Origin: Patescibacteria group bacterium
GTDB taxonomy: Bacteria; Patescibacteriota; Microgenomatia; UBA12405
Reading direction: 5' to 3'
Assembly (NCBI GenBank): GCA_018818185.1
Contig: JAHISL010000105.1
Span: forward strand, 1 to 34,893
Length of the DNA stretch: 34,893 nt
The notes beneath the pieces were generated by a model. It searched no databases and was not told the origin of the DNA. It was given only the letters and a program-made list of their open reading frames with translations. Position numbers and translations under genes: made by a program. Below, piece by piece: positions 9,371 to 17,186 of the stretch; within the stretch, counting starts at the first letter, position 1, and the number at the start of each line of letters is the position of its first letter.

Positions 9371-9949
9371 TTAGCCCTTGGCTGTTAGGTATTTTCCGAT
9401 AGTAATAAAGTCTTTTTTAAGACTTTCGAGCATGGCGCCATTTCGTAGACCCGCTGAGGGGTGGTAAACAGGAATAATGGTTAATGGTAAATCCTGCCAG
9501 GTAATGTTCCTGATTTGACCATGAATTCGGCTGATCTTTTCTTGCGGAAAAAAATAGTTCATTGAAAAGCGGCCGAGAGTAATAACAATTTTTGGTTTAA
9601 TAATTTTTAATTGAGCTTTTAAATAAGGAGTACAGACTTTGATTTCACTTTCCTGAGGATCTCGGTTTTCTGGCGGACGATGTTTTAGAATGTTACAGAT
9701 AAAAACGTCGGAGCGAGGCACACGAATCGTATTCAGAAGCTTGTCTAGAAGTTTACCAGAGTTGCCAACAAAAGGCAAACCCTGCTGGTCTTCGTGAGCT
9801 CCAGGAGCCTCACCAATAAAAAGAATCTCGGCATCTGGATTACCGGCACCGGGAACAGGATTGGTGGCAGTTTTATAGAGATTGCATTTTTTACATTCCC
9901 CCACTAAATGGGAAATATATTCTAATTGTTGAGACTTACTGAGGGACAT
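9371..9949 (-). CDS. Uracil-DNA glycosylase, family 4
   Basis: 192 aa. It has CKKCNLY...GEAPGAHEDQQGLPFVGNSGKLLD, the family-4 UDG motif A region with N-terminal Fe-S cysteines. Confidence 0.85.
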   Translation of the reverse strand: MSLSKSQQLEYISHLVGECKKCNLYKTATNPVPGAGNPDAEILFIGEAPGAHEDQQGLPFVGNSGKLLDKLLNTIRVPRSDVFICNILKHRPPENRDPQESEIKVCTPYLKAQLKIIKPKIVITLGRFSMNYFFPQEKISRIHGQIRNITWQDLPLTIIPVYHPSAGLRNGAMLESLKKDFITIGKYLTAKG

Positions 9950-10423
9950 CTATGGAGTATATTGTTCTTTAATTTCAGTAACTAGGCCACTATTATCTCG
10001 GAGAATCCAAAAAGGGTTTGAGTATTTTGAAACTTTAGAAAATTCGTTAAAAGAAACTTCTGAAAGAGAGAAATCATCAGTATCGGGGTCGATAAGAAAA
10101 ATAGAAACCGTGTCACTGATCTGGAGAGTACGAATGTCTGAAGAATTATTGATAATGCTAAAACCGTTGGGGGCTGATCTGTCGTCGACCCACTCAATAA
10201 AATCAATGTCGATAAAATTGTTCTGATTTTTGGAATAGACTTTTTTTATATAAGCAACTTGTTTATTTTCAACCGGGGCTGGATTTTTTGAAGATAGGTC
10301 TGGAGTTGGAGCTGGAGGAATGACAGGAGAAGTCTGTTTTTGGTGAGGAGAAAGGGTGGTTAACAAAACAACAAAAGCACAAGCCAAAAGGATAAAGGAT
10401 AGATAAATTTCTTTCTTGTTCAT
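9950..10423 (-). CDS. Hypothetical membrane-anchored/secreted protein
   Basis: 157 aa. An N-terminal TM/signal anchor (IYLSFILLACAFVVLLTTL) is followed by a Pro-rich linker and then a globular part. The stop abuts the UDG start. Confidence 0.5.
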   Translation of the reverse strand: MNKKEIYLSFILLACAFVVLLTTLSPHQKQTSPVIPPAPTPDLSSKNPAPVENKQVAYIKKVYSKNQNNFIDIDFIEWVDDRSAPNGFSIINNSSDIRTLQISDTVSIFLIDPDTDDFSLSEVSFNEFSKVSKYSNPFWILRDNSGLVTEIKEQYTP

Positions 10424-10426
10424 AGG

Positions 10427-10870
10427 TTAAAAATTTTGGAGTTGACCGTTTTGATCAACACAACCGGGAACCATAGAGACAGGAAAATTGTATGGGGCAA
10501 CTGTTTCGCAAGAAACGGTGCCGTTACCATCCTGAACTATCAGCCACTGTTGATTGACCTTGGCGGCCAAGACCCAGCCCCCGGAAATTTCTCCGGAAAA
10601 AATAACTCCACCAGAAGCATGCTCACCGTCATTTTTTGAAAGAGTGAAATTAACTTCTGAGAGGTCTTTGTGATATTTATCGGCAAGAGCCTGTTTAATT
10701 GAAAGTTCGTCCGAGACAGGAGGAATAGTGGAAGTGGGGGTATCTTCGACCGAGGTTGGAATATCGAGAGGGGGAAGATCAGTTTGGGTGGTTGGTTTTT
10801 GGGAAAAAAGGTAAAAAGCCAACATGGCAATAACGAGACCAAGAAGGAGACCGATGATGATATTTTTCAT
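10427..10870 (-). CDS. Hypothetical membrane-anchored protein
   Basis: The ORF-track entry runs to 11026 but overlaps the upstream gene. The ATG at 10870 (MKNIIIGLLLGLVIAMLAFYLF...) gives an N-terminal TM anchor, a Pro/Thr linker and a C-terminal domain. Confidence 0.5.
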   Translation of the reverse strand: MKNIIIGLLLGLVIAMLAFYLFSQKPTTQTDLPPLDIPTSVEDTPTSTIPPVSDELSIKQALADKYHKDLSEVNFTLSKNDGEHASGGVIFSGEISGGWVLAAKVNQQWLIVQDGNGTVSCETVAPYNFPVSMVPGCVDQNGQLQNF

Positions 10871-10874
10871 AGGC

Positions 10875-11930
10875 TTACCATTGGGGTAAATATTTTTTAA
10901 CATTTGACTCGTCGACAACAACTTGGCGAGTTCCAGTAAGAATAAGAGCGGCGGTTTTGCGACAGAGACCCTCAATGTTTCTTTTGAGGGTACGAACACC
11001 GGCATCAAAACCGAGAGGACGAACAATATTTAACCAAATATTGTCGTCGATTTTAAGCTCATTGGGGGTAAGACCGGCCTCTTTTATGGCCTTGGGGAAG
11101 ATATAGTCGCGACCAATGGCAATCTTTTCCTCGTCGGTATAGGAAGGCATCTGAATGACCTCTAAACGATCCATAACAGCGGTAGCAATGCGGTTAGTAT
11201 TGTTGCAGGTGGCAACAAAAAAGGCTTCGGAAAGATCAAAGGGATAATCAAGATAATGATCGGTAAAACGGGCGTTTTGCTCGGGATCGAGAAGCTCGAC
11301 CAGAACTCCCATGATGGTATTTAAGGCATCGTCGGCAACACGATCAATTTCATCGAGAAGGATAACAGGATTTTTAGTTTTGCATTGGGACAACCCGCGA
11401 ATAATAGCTCCAGGCTCGGCTTCGGGATGAAGACGAGATTGACCGCGAAGATAAAGAGGGTCACCAAGACCACCAAAGGGAATACGAATAAGTTGGCGAT
11501 CCATGACTTCGGAAATAGATTTGGCCATAGTAGTTTTTCCAGTACCAACCAAACCCACAAAAAGGAGAATTGGAGCCCGGGGGACAATGTCGGGTGAACG
11601 AGTCTTTTGAAGAGAAAGGACGGAAATGTATTCTAAAATTCTTTCTTTAACGGTATCAAGACCGTAATGGTTTTCGTCAAGCTTTTCTTTGGCGTAACGA
11701 AGCTCAAGAATATCTTGGGAACGAGTGTTCCAAGGCAAGGAAATAATCCAGTCAAGATACTTAGAAGTAGTCTGGTAATAGGACCAAAAGGTATCTTCGG
11801 AGCGAGAATTGACCTCTAATTGGGCAAAGTTTTCGTTTAATTTGTCTTGGAGACCTGATGGCAGTTCAACCCCCTCGGCTTTTGATCTAAGTTTTTTAAT
11901 TGCATCAGCAATTGTTAGCGTTGACTCCAC
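10875..11930 (-). CDS. Stand-alone Lon-type AAA+ ATPase module (no LAN N-domain, no protease domain)
   Basis: 351 aa. The Lon-specific segment LPWNTRSQDILELRYAKEKLDENHYGLDTVKERILEYISV is present. Walker A is GLVGTGKT, Walker B is ILLDEIDR, and LDPEQN and AGVRTLKR follow. The ORF stops right after the AAA lid, where Lon normally continues into its protease domain. Confidence 0.75.
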   Translation of the reverse strand: MESTLTIADAIKKLRSKAEGVELPSGLQDKLNENFAQLEVNSRSEDTFWSYYQTTSKYLDWIISLPWNTRSQDILELRYAKEKLDENHYGLDTVKERILEYISVLSLQKTRSPDIVPRAPILLFVGLVGTGKTTMAKSISEVMDRQLIRIPFGGLGDPLYLRGQSRLHPEAEPGAIIRGLSQCKTKNPVILLDEIDRVADDALNTIMGVLVELLDPEQNARFTDHYLDYPFDLSEAFFVATCNNTNRIATAVMDRLEVIQMPSYTDEEKIAIGRDYIFPKAIKEAGLTPNELKIDDNIWLNIVRPLGFDAGVRTLKRNIEGLCRKTAALILTGTRQVVVDESNVKKYLPQW

Positions 11931-11949
11931 AATAAAAGTATACAGGAAA

Positions 11950-12228
11950 TTATTTGATCGATAAAATTAGATTTGAACCGAGACCGACTGAAATGCGTTC
12001 AATTAGCTCCAGGGATGGATTAAGGGTGGAATTTTCAAGACGTGAAATAATTGCCTGGGTGGTGCGGGCTTTTTTCGCAAGATCTTGCTGAGACATCTTT
12101 TTCTCTAATCTCTTTTTAATTATCTGACGTGATAATTGATATTTAGGGTTTGATTCTTCCCAGAGTTTCTTAAATTCAGGATCTTTTAAACTATTTTTAA
12201 AATATTGATCGAACGACAAGAGTTTCAT
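11950..12228 (-). CDS. XRE-family HTH protein, probable antitoxin (HigA-like)
   Basis: 92 aa. The HTH is MSQQDLAKKARTTQAIISRLENSTLNPSLELIERI. It lies directly downstream of a Gp49/HigB-like toxin gene. Confidence 0.75.
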   Translation of the reverse strand: MKLLSFDQYFKNSLKDPEFKKLWEESNPKYQLSRQIIKKRLEKKMSQQDLAKKARTTQAIISRLENSTLNPSLELIERISVGLGSNLILSIK

Positions 12229-12258
12229 GGGGTAATTATATCGTATAGGATATAAATG

Positions 12259-12588
12259 TCAAGATAATTTATAAAAACGATTTAGAGCAATGTTGATTTC
12301 TTTGAGGGGGGTTTTGTTAGATTTTTTCTTGAAGGCATGCAATAAAATTATTTCGTCTTTTATTTTATTGGCGTAGATAATTCGAGTACTGTTTTTACCC
12401 AATATTCTTATTTCCCAAAGTGGGTAACCGGACAGTTTTTTAATGTGAGGAGAGGCTGAAATTAGACCAAACTCGATAATATTTTTTACAATTATAGAAA
12501 CCTTAATTTTGGTTTCTTTGTTTTTATCTAAAAAATCACCAACTGGATTTTTACCTCGATGGTCTAAAAAAAACTTGACTGATGCCAT
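12259..12588 (-). CDS. Type II toxin, RelE/ParE superfamily (phage Gp49-like / HigB-like)
   Basis: 109 aa. The segment LWEIRILGKNSTRIIYANKIKDEIILLHAFKKKSNKTPLKEINIAL matches the Gp49-like signature (yRi.y....i.lLh.F.KK..ktP..ei). The toxin-first order is typical of higBA. Confidence 0.7.
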   Translation of the reverse strand: MASVKFFLDHRGKNPVGDFLDKNKETKIKVSIIVKNIIEFGLISASPHIKKLSGYPLWEIRILGKNSTRIIYANKIKDEIILLHAFKKKSNKTPLKEINIALNRFYKLS

Positions 12589-12589
12589 G

Positions 12590-12612
12590 TGAATATTATT
12601 ACATAATATTCA
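12590..12612. promoter_or_regulatory. Perfect 10-bp inverted repeat TGAATATTAT-TAC-ATAATATTCA, candidate operator of the toxin-antitoxin operon
   Basis: Read directly from the sequence. It begins 1 nt upstream of the toxin ATG (12588). A TTGACA hexamer lies at 12614-12619 on the reverse strand, just upstream. Confidence 0.55.
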
Positions 12613-12638
12613 GTGTCAAACCCAGAGGGTACAGGGAA

Positions 12639-12872
12639 TTATTTATTATCTTCTATCAAAACAATATTTAAACATTTGATTTCTGTTTGACCACCCTCGG
12701 GTCTCCTGACAAGGAAAACGGAGCCATCCATTTTTATTGACTGGGCAGCAGTATCTAAGATTTGTTTGGCCATAGCTTGGACTTCTTCTTCAGTTGCACG
12801 AGGATATCTAGTTCTAATCGAAGAATTAAGTAAGCTAAAAGGGTCCTTGGAAGAATTATCTTGTTCAACCAT
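12639..12872 (-). CDS. Hypothetical 77-aa protein
   Basis: The ORF is preceded by its own extended -10 box 5 nt from the ATG. No family recognised. Confidence 0.4.
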   Translation of the reverse strand: MVEQDNSSKDPFSLLNSSIRTRYPRATEEEVQAMAKQILDTAAQSIKMDGSVFLVRRPEGGQTEIKCLNIVLIEDNK

Positions 12873-12877
12873 AGTTA

Positions 12878-12886
12878 ATTATATCA
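12878..12886 (-). promoter_or_regulatory. Extended -10 promoter TGATATAAT, 5 nt upstream of the ATG at 12872
   Basis: The reverse strand reads AATTTGATATAAT-TAACT-ATG. No SD is present. Confidence 0.45.
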
Positions 12887-12951
12887 AATTGTAACAATAA
12901 TGACATATTCCCGATAATAGAAAAATCTTTTGTAAAAAAAAGTAATCGATA

Positions 12952-13575
12952 TTAGTATTTGGCTAATTTTTTTACGATCTGATCAAGATCTGATTTGAAG
13001 GTCTGGGAATTAATCTCGTAGTAGGGGTAGTTATAAGATTTTGCCTCATTTCTAAACAATTCGCTGAATTTTGAAGAATAGGATATAACTTTTTTGAAAA
13101 TATCTCGGTTTGAATTTTCTAGCCAATCTCCTTCGGAGCGATGATTCCAGGAATATTCAAAAAATGACTCAAAATTTGTATTACCAACACAGATAAATTT
13201 TATTTGATACTTATCAATAAAACTTGTATCAAAAAAACTTGGTAGTAGGGCAACCCCTTCAAGAATAAAATCGCGATTATTATAGGAAATTGATTCAACA
13301 AAGCCCTTTACAATTTTGACAACCTCTTTTGACTCTGACTTTTGATTGTTTATTATTTCCTGAATTGATGGGGAAAACGTTTTTTCTATATAGTCCTCAT
13401 CTTTCCAGCTTATCCAATGGGCGAAAAGTTGATCACTTTTAGGAATACTTTCTAAATTAACGACACTTTCCCTAAGATTATCGGTCGACAACCAGGAAAA
13501 ACCCGTTGCTTTAGATATTTTTTTGGCAAGTTGAGATTTTCCAGTACGAGGAGCACCCCCAAGGAAATAAATCAT
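12952..13575 (-). CDS. P-loop NTPase / kinase-like protein
   Basis: 207 aa. The Walker A motif sits at the extreme N-terminus (MIYFLGGAPRTGKSQLAKKIS), as in small nucleotide/sugar kinase-like AAA_33-type proteins. A TACAAT box at 13581-13586 lies 5 nt upstream of the ATG. Confidence 0.55.
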   Translation of the reverse strand: MIYFLGGAPRTGKSQLAKKISKATGFSWLSTDNLRESVVNLESIPKSDQLFAHWISWKDEDYIEKTFSPSIQEIINNQKSESKEVVKIVKGFVESISYNNRDFILEGVALLPSFFDTSFIDKYQIKFICVGNTNFESFFEYSWNHRSEGDWLENSNRDIFKKVISYSSKFSELFRNEAKSYNYPYYEINSQTFKSDLDQIVKKLAKY

Positions 13576-13594
13576 GATTCATTGTAGCAAAAGC

Positions 13595-15811
13595 TTACCT
13601 TCGGTTTCGATTTCGATCATCAGATGATGAGCGACGAGGTGGACTGCTGAAATTGCGGAAGGGAGGACGACCGGAAGCGGCAGGACCATCACGTTGAGGC
13701 ATAGAATCGGCGTTGCCTGGATGGGCAGCTTTGAATTCTGGAGCGCTTAATTTGATTTGATGATTGTCGTTAAAACCGGAGATGGTAACTTTTAGTTTGT
13801 CACCAATTTTGATAATTGAAGATGGATCAGAAATGAATCCCCCACTCAATTCAGAAACATGAAGCAAGGCTTCACGACCGGGTAAAAATTCAACAAAGGC
13901 ACCATAGGCTTCGACGCGGGTAACAACTCCATCATAAACTTCACCAATTTGGACATCTTTGATCATGGATTCGATTTGGAAAGCACATTCATCAATTTTT
14001 GCTTGATCTGTGGAAGAAATTGAAGCTCGGCCATCATCGTCAATGTCAATTTGGACGGAAAATTTTTCCATCAGAGCTTTGATGGTCTTACCACCAGAAC
14101 CAATGACCTCACCGATTTTATCTTCGGGGAGAGTAACTAGTTTAATTTTGGGAGCATAGACGGATAATTCTTTGCGGGGTTCGGCCAAGACAGAATCGAT
14201 TTTGTCCAAAATGGTGAGACGTGCCTTGGTAGAAGCTACAAAGGTGTCAGTAATCATTTGGAGAGAAAGACCCATTCTTTTAATATCAAGTTGAATCGCG
14301 GTAATACCAGTCCGAGTACCAGTGATTTTGAAATCCATATCACCACAGTGATCTTCGATACCAGCAATGTCGGTTAATAAAACATATTTACCTGCAGCAT
14401 CGGACATCATACCAATAGAAATGCCAGCAACCTTGTCCTTGATAGGAACACCAGCATCCATTAGAGAAAGGGTGGAACCACAGGTTGAAGCCATAGAAGA
14501 AGAACCATTTTGAGACATAACTTCGGAAGTTAAGACGATAGTATAAGGAAACTCCTCAACTGAAGGAATAACCGGAACTAGGGCTTTTTCTGCTAGGGCA
14601 CCATGACCAACTTCGCGACGACCGGGACGGCCGAAACGACCAGTTTGACCAGTGGAGAAAGGAGCAGCAGAGTAATAATGAAGATAATGTTTGGTGGTTT
14701 CGCCGCTACTGTCTTGGAGATATTGCTGTTCGGCAATAGAGCCGAGAGTAGTAATGGTTAGAGCCTGGGTTAGACCTCTTTGGAAAAGGGCAGAACCATG
14801 GGTGGTAGGTAAGACGCCAGTTTCAATTTCGAGAGGACGAACCTGATCAAAGGGACGCTTGTCGTAGCGGGTGCCAGCAAGAGTGGACTCACGTAAATAT
14901 TGACAGACCAGGGTGTCGACAGCTTCCATAACTTGGCTAGCTTCAACTTCTTCGGATTTGACTTTGGACTCGAAAGCAGCTTTGACTTTTTCTTTAATTT
15001 TTTCTTCGCCAGCCATATGAGTACCGTCCTTACCTTCGGAAAGGAATTGGGCAAGATCGTCTTTGATAAGTGTCTCAATCTCAGAAATTAGTTCCTTTGA
15101 AGGAGTAACAGGTTCAAATTCGATTTTCTTTTTACCGTATTTTTTGGCAAAATCTACTAACTGGGTATTGATAAGATCACCAGTTTCAAAACCAACTTTT
15201 AGGGCTTTAAGAACAGAATCGTTGTCCAAAATGTTGGCATCGGCCTCGATCATGTTGATACCTTCAGCATCTTTGCAGATTAGGAGGTCAAGAGATGATT
15301 TTTGGAGTTGAGAATGAGTGGGAAGAACAGTGACAGAGTCGTTTTCGAAACCGAGACGGACGGCAGAGACAGGACCATTAAAAGGAATATCGGAAAGCAT
15401 CAAGGCGGCAGACACAGCGGTAAAGGCAGGAATAACAACATCGTTTTCTTTGTCGTTACTTAAAACGGAGATAATAACTTGAACCTCGTTTTTAAATCCG
15501 ACGGGAAATAAAGGACGAATAGAGCGATCGATAATACGGCCATTGAGAATGGCAGTATCGGAAGGACCACCTTCGCGCTTGATCCATTTACTACCTTTAA
15601 CAAAGCCACCAGCATAAAGCTTATCGGAAAATTCAACAGAAAGAGGAAAATAGTCCTTGTTTTTGTCGACTGCACCCAAAACAACAGTGGCCAAAACAAC
15701 AGTTTTGCCCATAGTTGCCATGACGGCACCATTGGCTTGAGGAGCTAGAAGGCCAGTAGTTAAAGTAATTGTTTTGTCAGCGACAGTGATATCACAAGTG
15801 TTTTTTTCCAT
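13595..15811 (-). CDS. pnp: Polynucleotide phosphorylase
   Basis: 738 aa with two RNase PH-like halves, a KH region (GSGGKTIKAL) and an S1 region (GEVYDGVVTRVEAYGAFVEF). It ends in an Arg/Ser-rich tail and lies directly downstream of rpsO. Confidence 0.92.
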   Translation of the reverse strand: MEKNTCDITVADKTITLTTGLLAPQANGAVMATMGKTVVLATVVLGAVDKNKDYFPLSVEFSDKLYAGGFVKGSKWIKREGGPSDTAILNGRIIDRSIRPLFPVGFKNEVQVIISVLSNDKENDVVIPAFTAVSAALMLSDIPFNGPVSAVRLGFENDSVTVLPTHSQLQKSSLDLLICKDAEGINMIEADANILDNDSVLKALKVGFETGDLINTQLVDFAKKYGKKKIEFEPVTPSKELISEIETLIKDDLAQFLSEGKDGTHMAGEEKIKEKVKAAFESKVKSEEVEASQVMEAVDTLVCQYLRESTLAGTRYDKRPFDQVRPLEIETGVLPTTHGSALFQRGLTQALTITTLGSIAEQQYLQDSSGETTKHYLHYYSAAPFSTGQTGRFGRPGRREVGHGALAEKALVPVIPSVEEFPYTIVLTSEVMSQNGSSSMASTCGSTLSLMDAGVPIKDKVAGISIGMMSDAAGKYVLLTDIAGIEDHCGDMDFKITGTRTGITAIQLDIKRMGLSLQMITDTFVASTKARLTILDKIDSVLAEPRKELSVYAPKIKLVTLPEDKIGEVIGSGGKTIKALMEKFSVQIDIDDDGRASISSTDQAKIDECAFQIESMIKDVQIGEVYDGVVTRVEAYGAFVEFLPGREALLHVSELSGGFISDPSSIIKIGDKLKVTISGFNDNHQIKLSAPEFKAAHPGNADSMPQRDGPAASGRPPFRNFSSPPRRSSSDDRNRNRR

Positions 15812-15862
15812 AGATAGAGATTTTAAAAAATATTAATTAATTATAGACCGATCCCGAGAGTT

Positions 15863-16132
15863 TTATTTCTTCAGACTCAAAGATTTGATGATTTTTGTAT
15901 ATCGATCTTCATTGTGGATAGAGAGATAGCGAAGCAAACGTCGCCTTTTGGCTAGTTTACTCAAAAGTCCCCTTTTAGCGGGAGAATCGTGCTTATTTTC
16001 GTTTAAATGACCCTGGAGTTTTTCAATTTCTTTGCTTAGAATCGCAACTTGAATTTCAGGAGAACCGGTATCACCCTTTGCTTGGGCAAACTTGGTAATG
16101 ATTTCGCTTTTTTCTTCGGTGGTTAATGCCAT
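15863..16132 (-). CDS. rpsO: 30S ribosomal protein S15
   Basis: 89 aa. It has GDTGSPEIQVAILSKEI...HLNENKHDSPAKRGLLSKLAKRRRLLRYL, the classic S15 signature. Confidence 0.92.
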   Translation of the reverse strand: MALTTEEKSEIITKFAQAKGDTGSPEIQVAILSKEIEKLQGHLNENKHDSPAKRGLLSKLAKRRRLLRYLSIHNEDRYTKIIKSLSLKK

Positions 16133-16218
16133 GTAATTTATTGGCTATTGATCGGTAAATAATAATATTTTGGAATGGCTCCCAAAAAACCGATTGATAG
16201 TCAGAAGGGATTATAACA
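16133..16218 (-). promoter_or_regulatory. rpsO extended -10 promoter (TGTTATAAT, 16210-16218) plus a ~70-nt structured leader
   Basis: The reverse-strand leader is UGACUAUCAAUCGGUUUUUUGGGAGCCAUUCCAAAAUAUUAUUAUUUACCGAUCAAUAGCCAAUAAAUUAC-AUG. An outer helix CUAUCAAUCGG/CCGAUCAAUAG forms 9 of 11 pairs. It encloses the hairpin UUUUGG-GAGCCAUU-CCAAAA. Confidence 0.45.
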
Positions 16219-16222
16219 CAGA

Positions 16223-16486
16223 TTACTTATCAAGAGGGCAAGCTTGGCAACTCACAGTATCGTTGATGGGGTAGATAGAGGGGGCATCAAGATGGTCGGT
16301 GGAGGGAGGATATGAGGCGATGACTATCCTGGCGCTTATGATAGCAGGACAAGCATCGTCGAAATAATCATCTCTTTTGTCACATTGAGCAAAAGGTCTA
16401 ATAAAGGAAACACGAAGCTTAAGATGTGGAAATCTTTTTTGATCTTCCTCGCTTAGAGGATATTGGGATTGTTGTTCAATGTCCAT
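16223..16486 (-). CDS. Cys-rich small protein, paralog 3 (most diverged, 87 aa)
   Basis: It has KRFPHLKLRV...AQC...DAC...SCQAC. It shares the [YF]PHLxL motif and the terminal SCQxC with the two upstream paralogs. Confidence 0.5.
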   Translation of the reverse strand: MDIEQQSQYPLSEEDQKRFPHLKLRVSFIRPFAQCDKRDDYFDDACPAIISARIVIASYPPSTDHLDAPSIYPINDTVSCQACPLDK

Positions 16487-16510
16487 ATTATTTGGTTAGT
16501 AAATTTTTTA

Positions 16511-16807
16511 TTAAATTTGACTGTCTAAAAAATTATCTATCGCAACATCCATAGCAATACATTCTTGACAAGATCGAAGACTCATACCAGTAATACTGGT
16601 AATTGTCGGCACATTGGTTTCAAGACTTTGTCGCATGGTGACGATAAGACATCTTTGATAAATACAATTGTTCTGCCTGGAACGAATAGCACAAGCTGTT
16701 TTGATACCACCATCTTCCGCATATGAGAGATCAAGGTGGGGATAACGTTTATTAATTGAACTAGTTTTTCTAAAAGTTCGGTCTTTTCTACTTTCTTTAT
16801 TTTGCAT
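16511..16807 (-). CDS. Cys-rich small protein, paralog 2 (98 aa)
   Basis: It reads KRYPHLDLSYAEDGGIKTACAIRSRQNNCIYQRC...MRQSLETNVPTITSITGMSLRSCQEC, which aligns with paralog 1 along its whole length. Confidence 0.55.
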   Translation of the reverse strand: MQNKESRKDRTFRKTSSINKRYPHLDLSYAEDGGIKTACAIRSRQNNCIYQRCLIVTMRQSLETNVPTITSITGMSLRSCQECIAMDVAIDNFLDSQI

Positions 16808-16849
16808 TTGATGACAATTAAAAGTTATGCTTGGTATTGGCTTTATCCT

Positions 16850-17164
16850 TTAATAAATAGTTTTTGAAAAACTATCGAATACGGCTTTTGCCTGCTCAGT
16901 TTTTTGCTCCATATTCAAATAAACCTGGCATTCTTGACAAGATCTGACACCCATTCCCTCAATGCCAGTAACAGTGGGGGCGGTGGCTTCAAGACCCTGT
17001 CTCATATAAAAAACAGGACTACCTGAACTAACACAGTGCGCTGAACCATAACAATTATCTATATCGGCGGCGGCACAAAGTGTTCCAATTCCAGCACCGT
17101 CGACATGAACCAGGCGAAGGTGGGGATACGTTTTCTCTAATGATTCAGTTTTTTGGAGATACAT
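16850..17164 (-). CDS. Cys-rich small protein, paralog 1 (104 aa)
   Basis: It reads KTYPHLRLVHVDGAGIGTLCAAADIDNCYGSAHC...MRQGLEATAPTVTGIEGMGVRSCQEC. Five cysteines are in the pattern C-x7-C-x5-C...C-x2-C. I recognise no family. Confidence 0.55.
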   Translation of the reverse strand: MYLQKTESLEKTYPHLRLVHVDGAGIGTLCAAADIDNCYGSAHCVSSGSPVFYMRQGLEATAPTVTGIEGMGVRSCQECQVYLNMEQKTEQAKAVFDSFSKTIY

Positions 17165-17186
17165 ATATATTTAAAATAAAATTAAA

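Noticed and set aside
10871-11026. N-terminal extensions of track ORFs (10427-11026, 2418-3056, 32700-34229, 22007 TTG start, 6884 start)
   Set aside because: Each extension overlaps the upstream gene or uses a non-ATG codon. An internal ATG gives the canonical or family N-terminus (TM anchor, GatB MKTTPIIGLEVH, MTAE) and sensible spacing.
12614-12619. TTGACA upstream of the toxin gene, as the -35 box of a complete promoter
   Set aside because: No well-spaced -10 box leaves room for a transcript that includes the ATG at 12588. The candidates TAATAT and AATATT lie only 3-4 nt from the ATG. Co-transcription from the 12878-12886 promoter is equally possible, so only the palindrome is reported as a feature.
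15812-15862. Possible pnp promoter (TCTATAAT) or RNase III-type hairpin in the rpsO-pnp spacer
   Set aside because: A TATAAT hexamer is present, but I could not find a convincing stem-loop by hand in this AT-rich 51-nt spacer. There is not enough evidence to list a feature.
16141-16150. The 10-mer TTGGCTATTG is repeated at 16141 and 22421
   Set aside because: Hundreds of chance 10-mer matches are expected within a 35-kb window. The flanking sequence is not similar.
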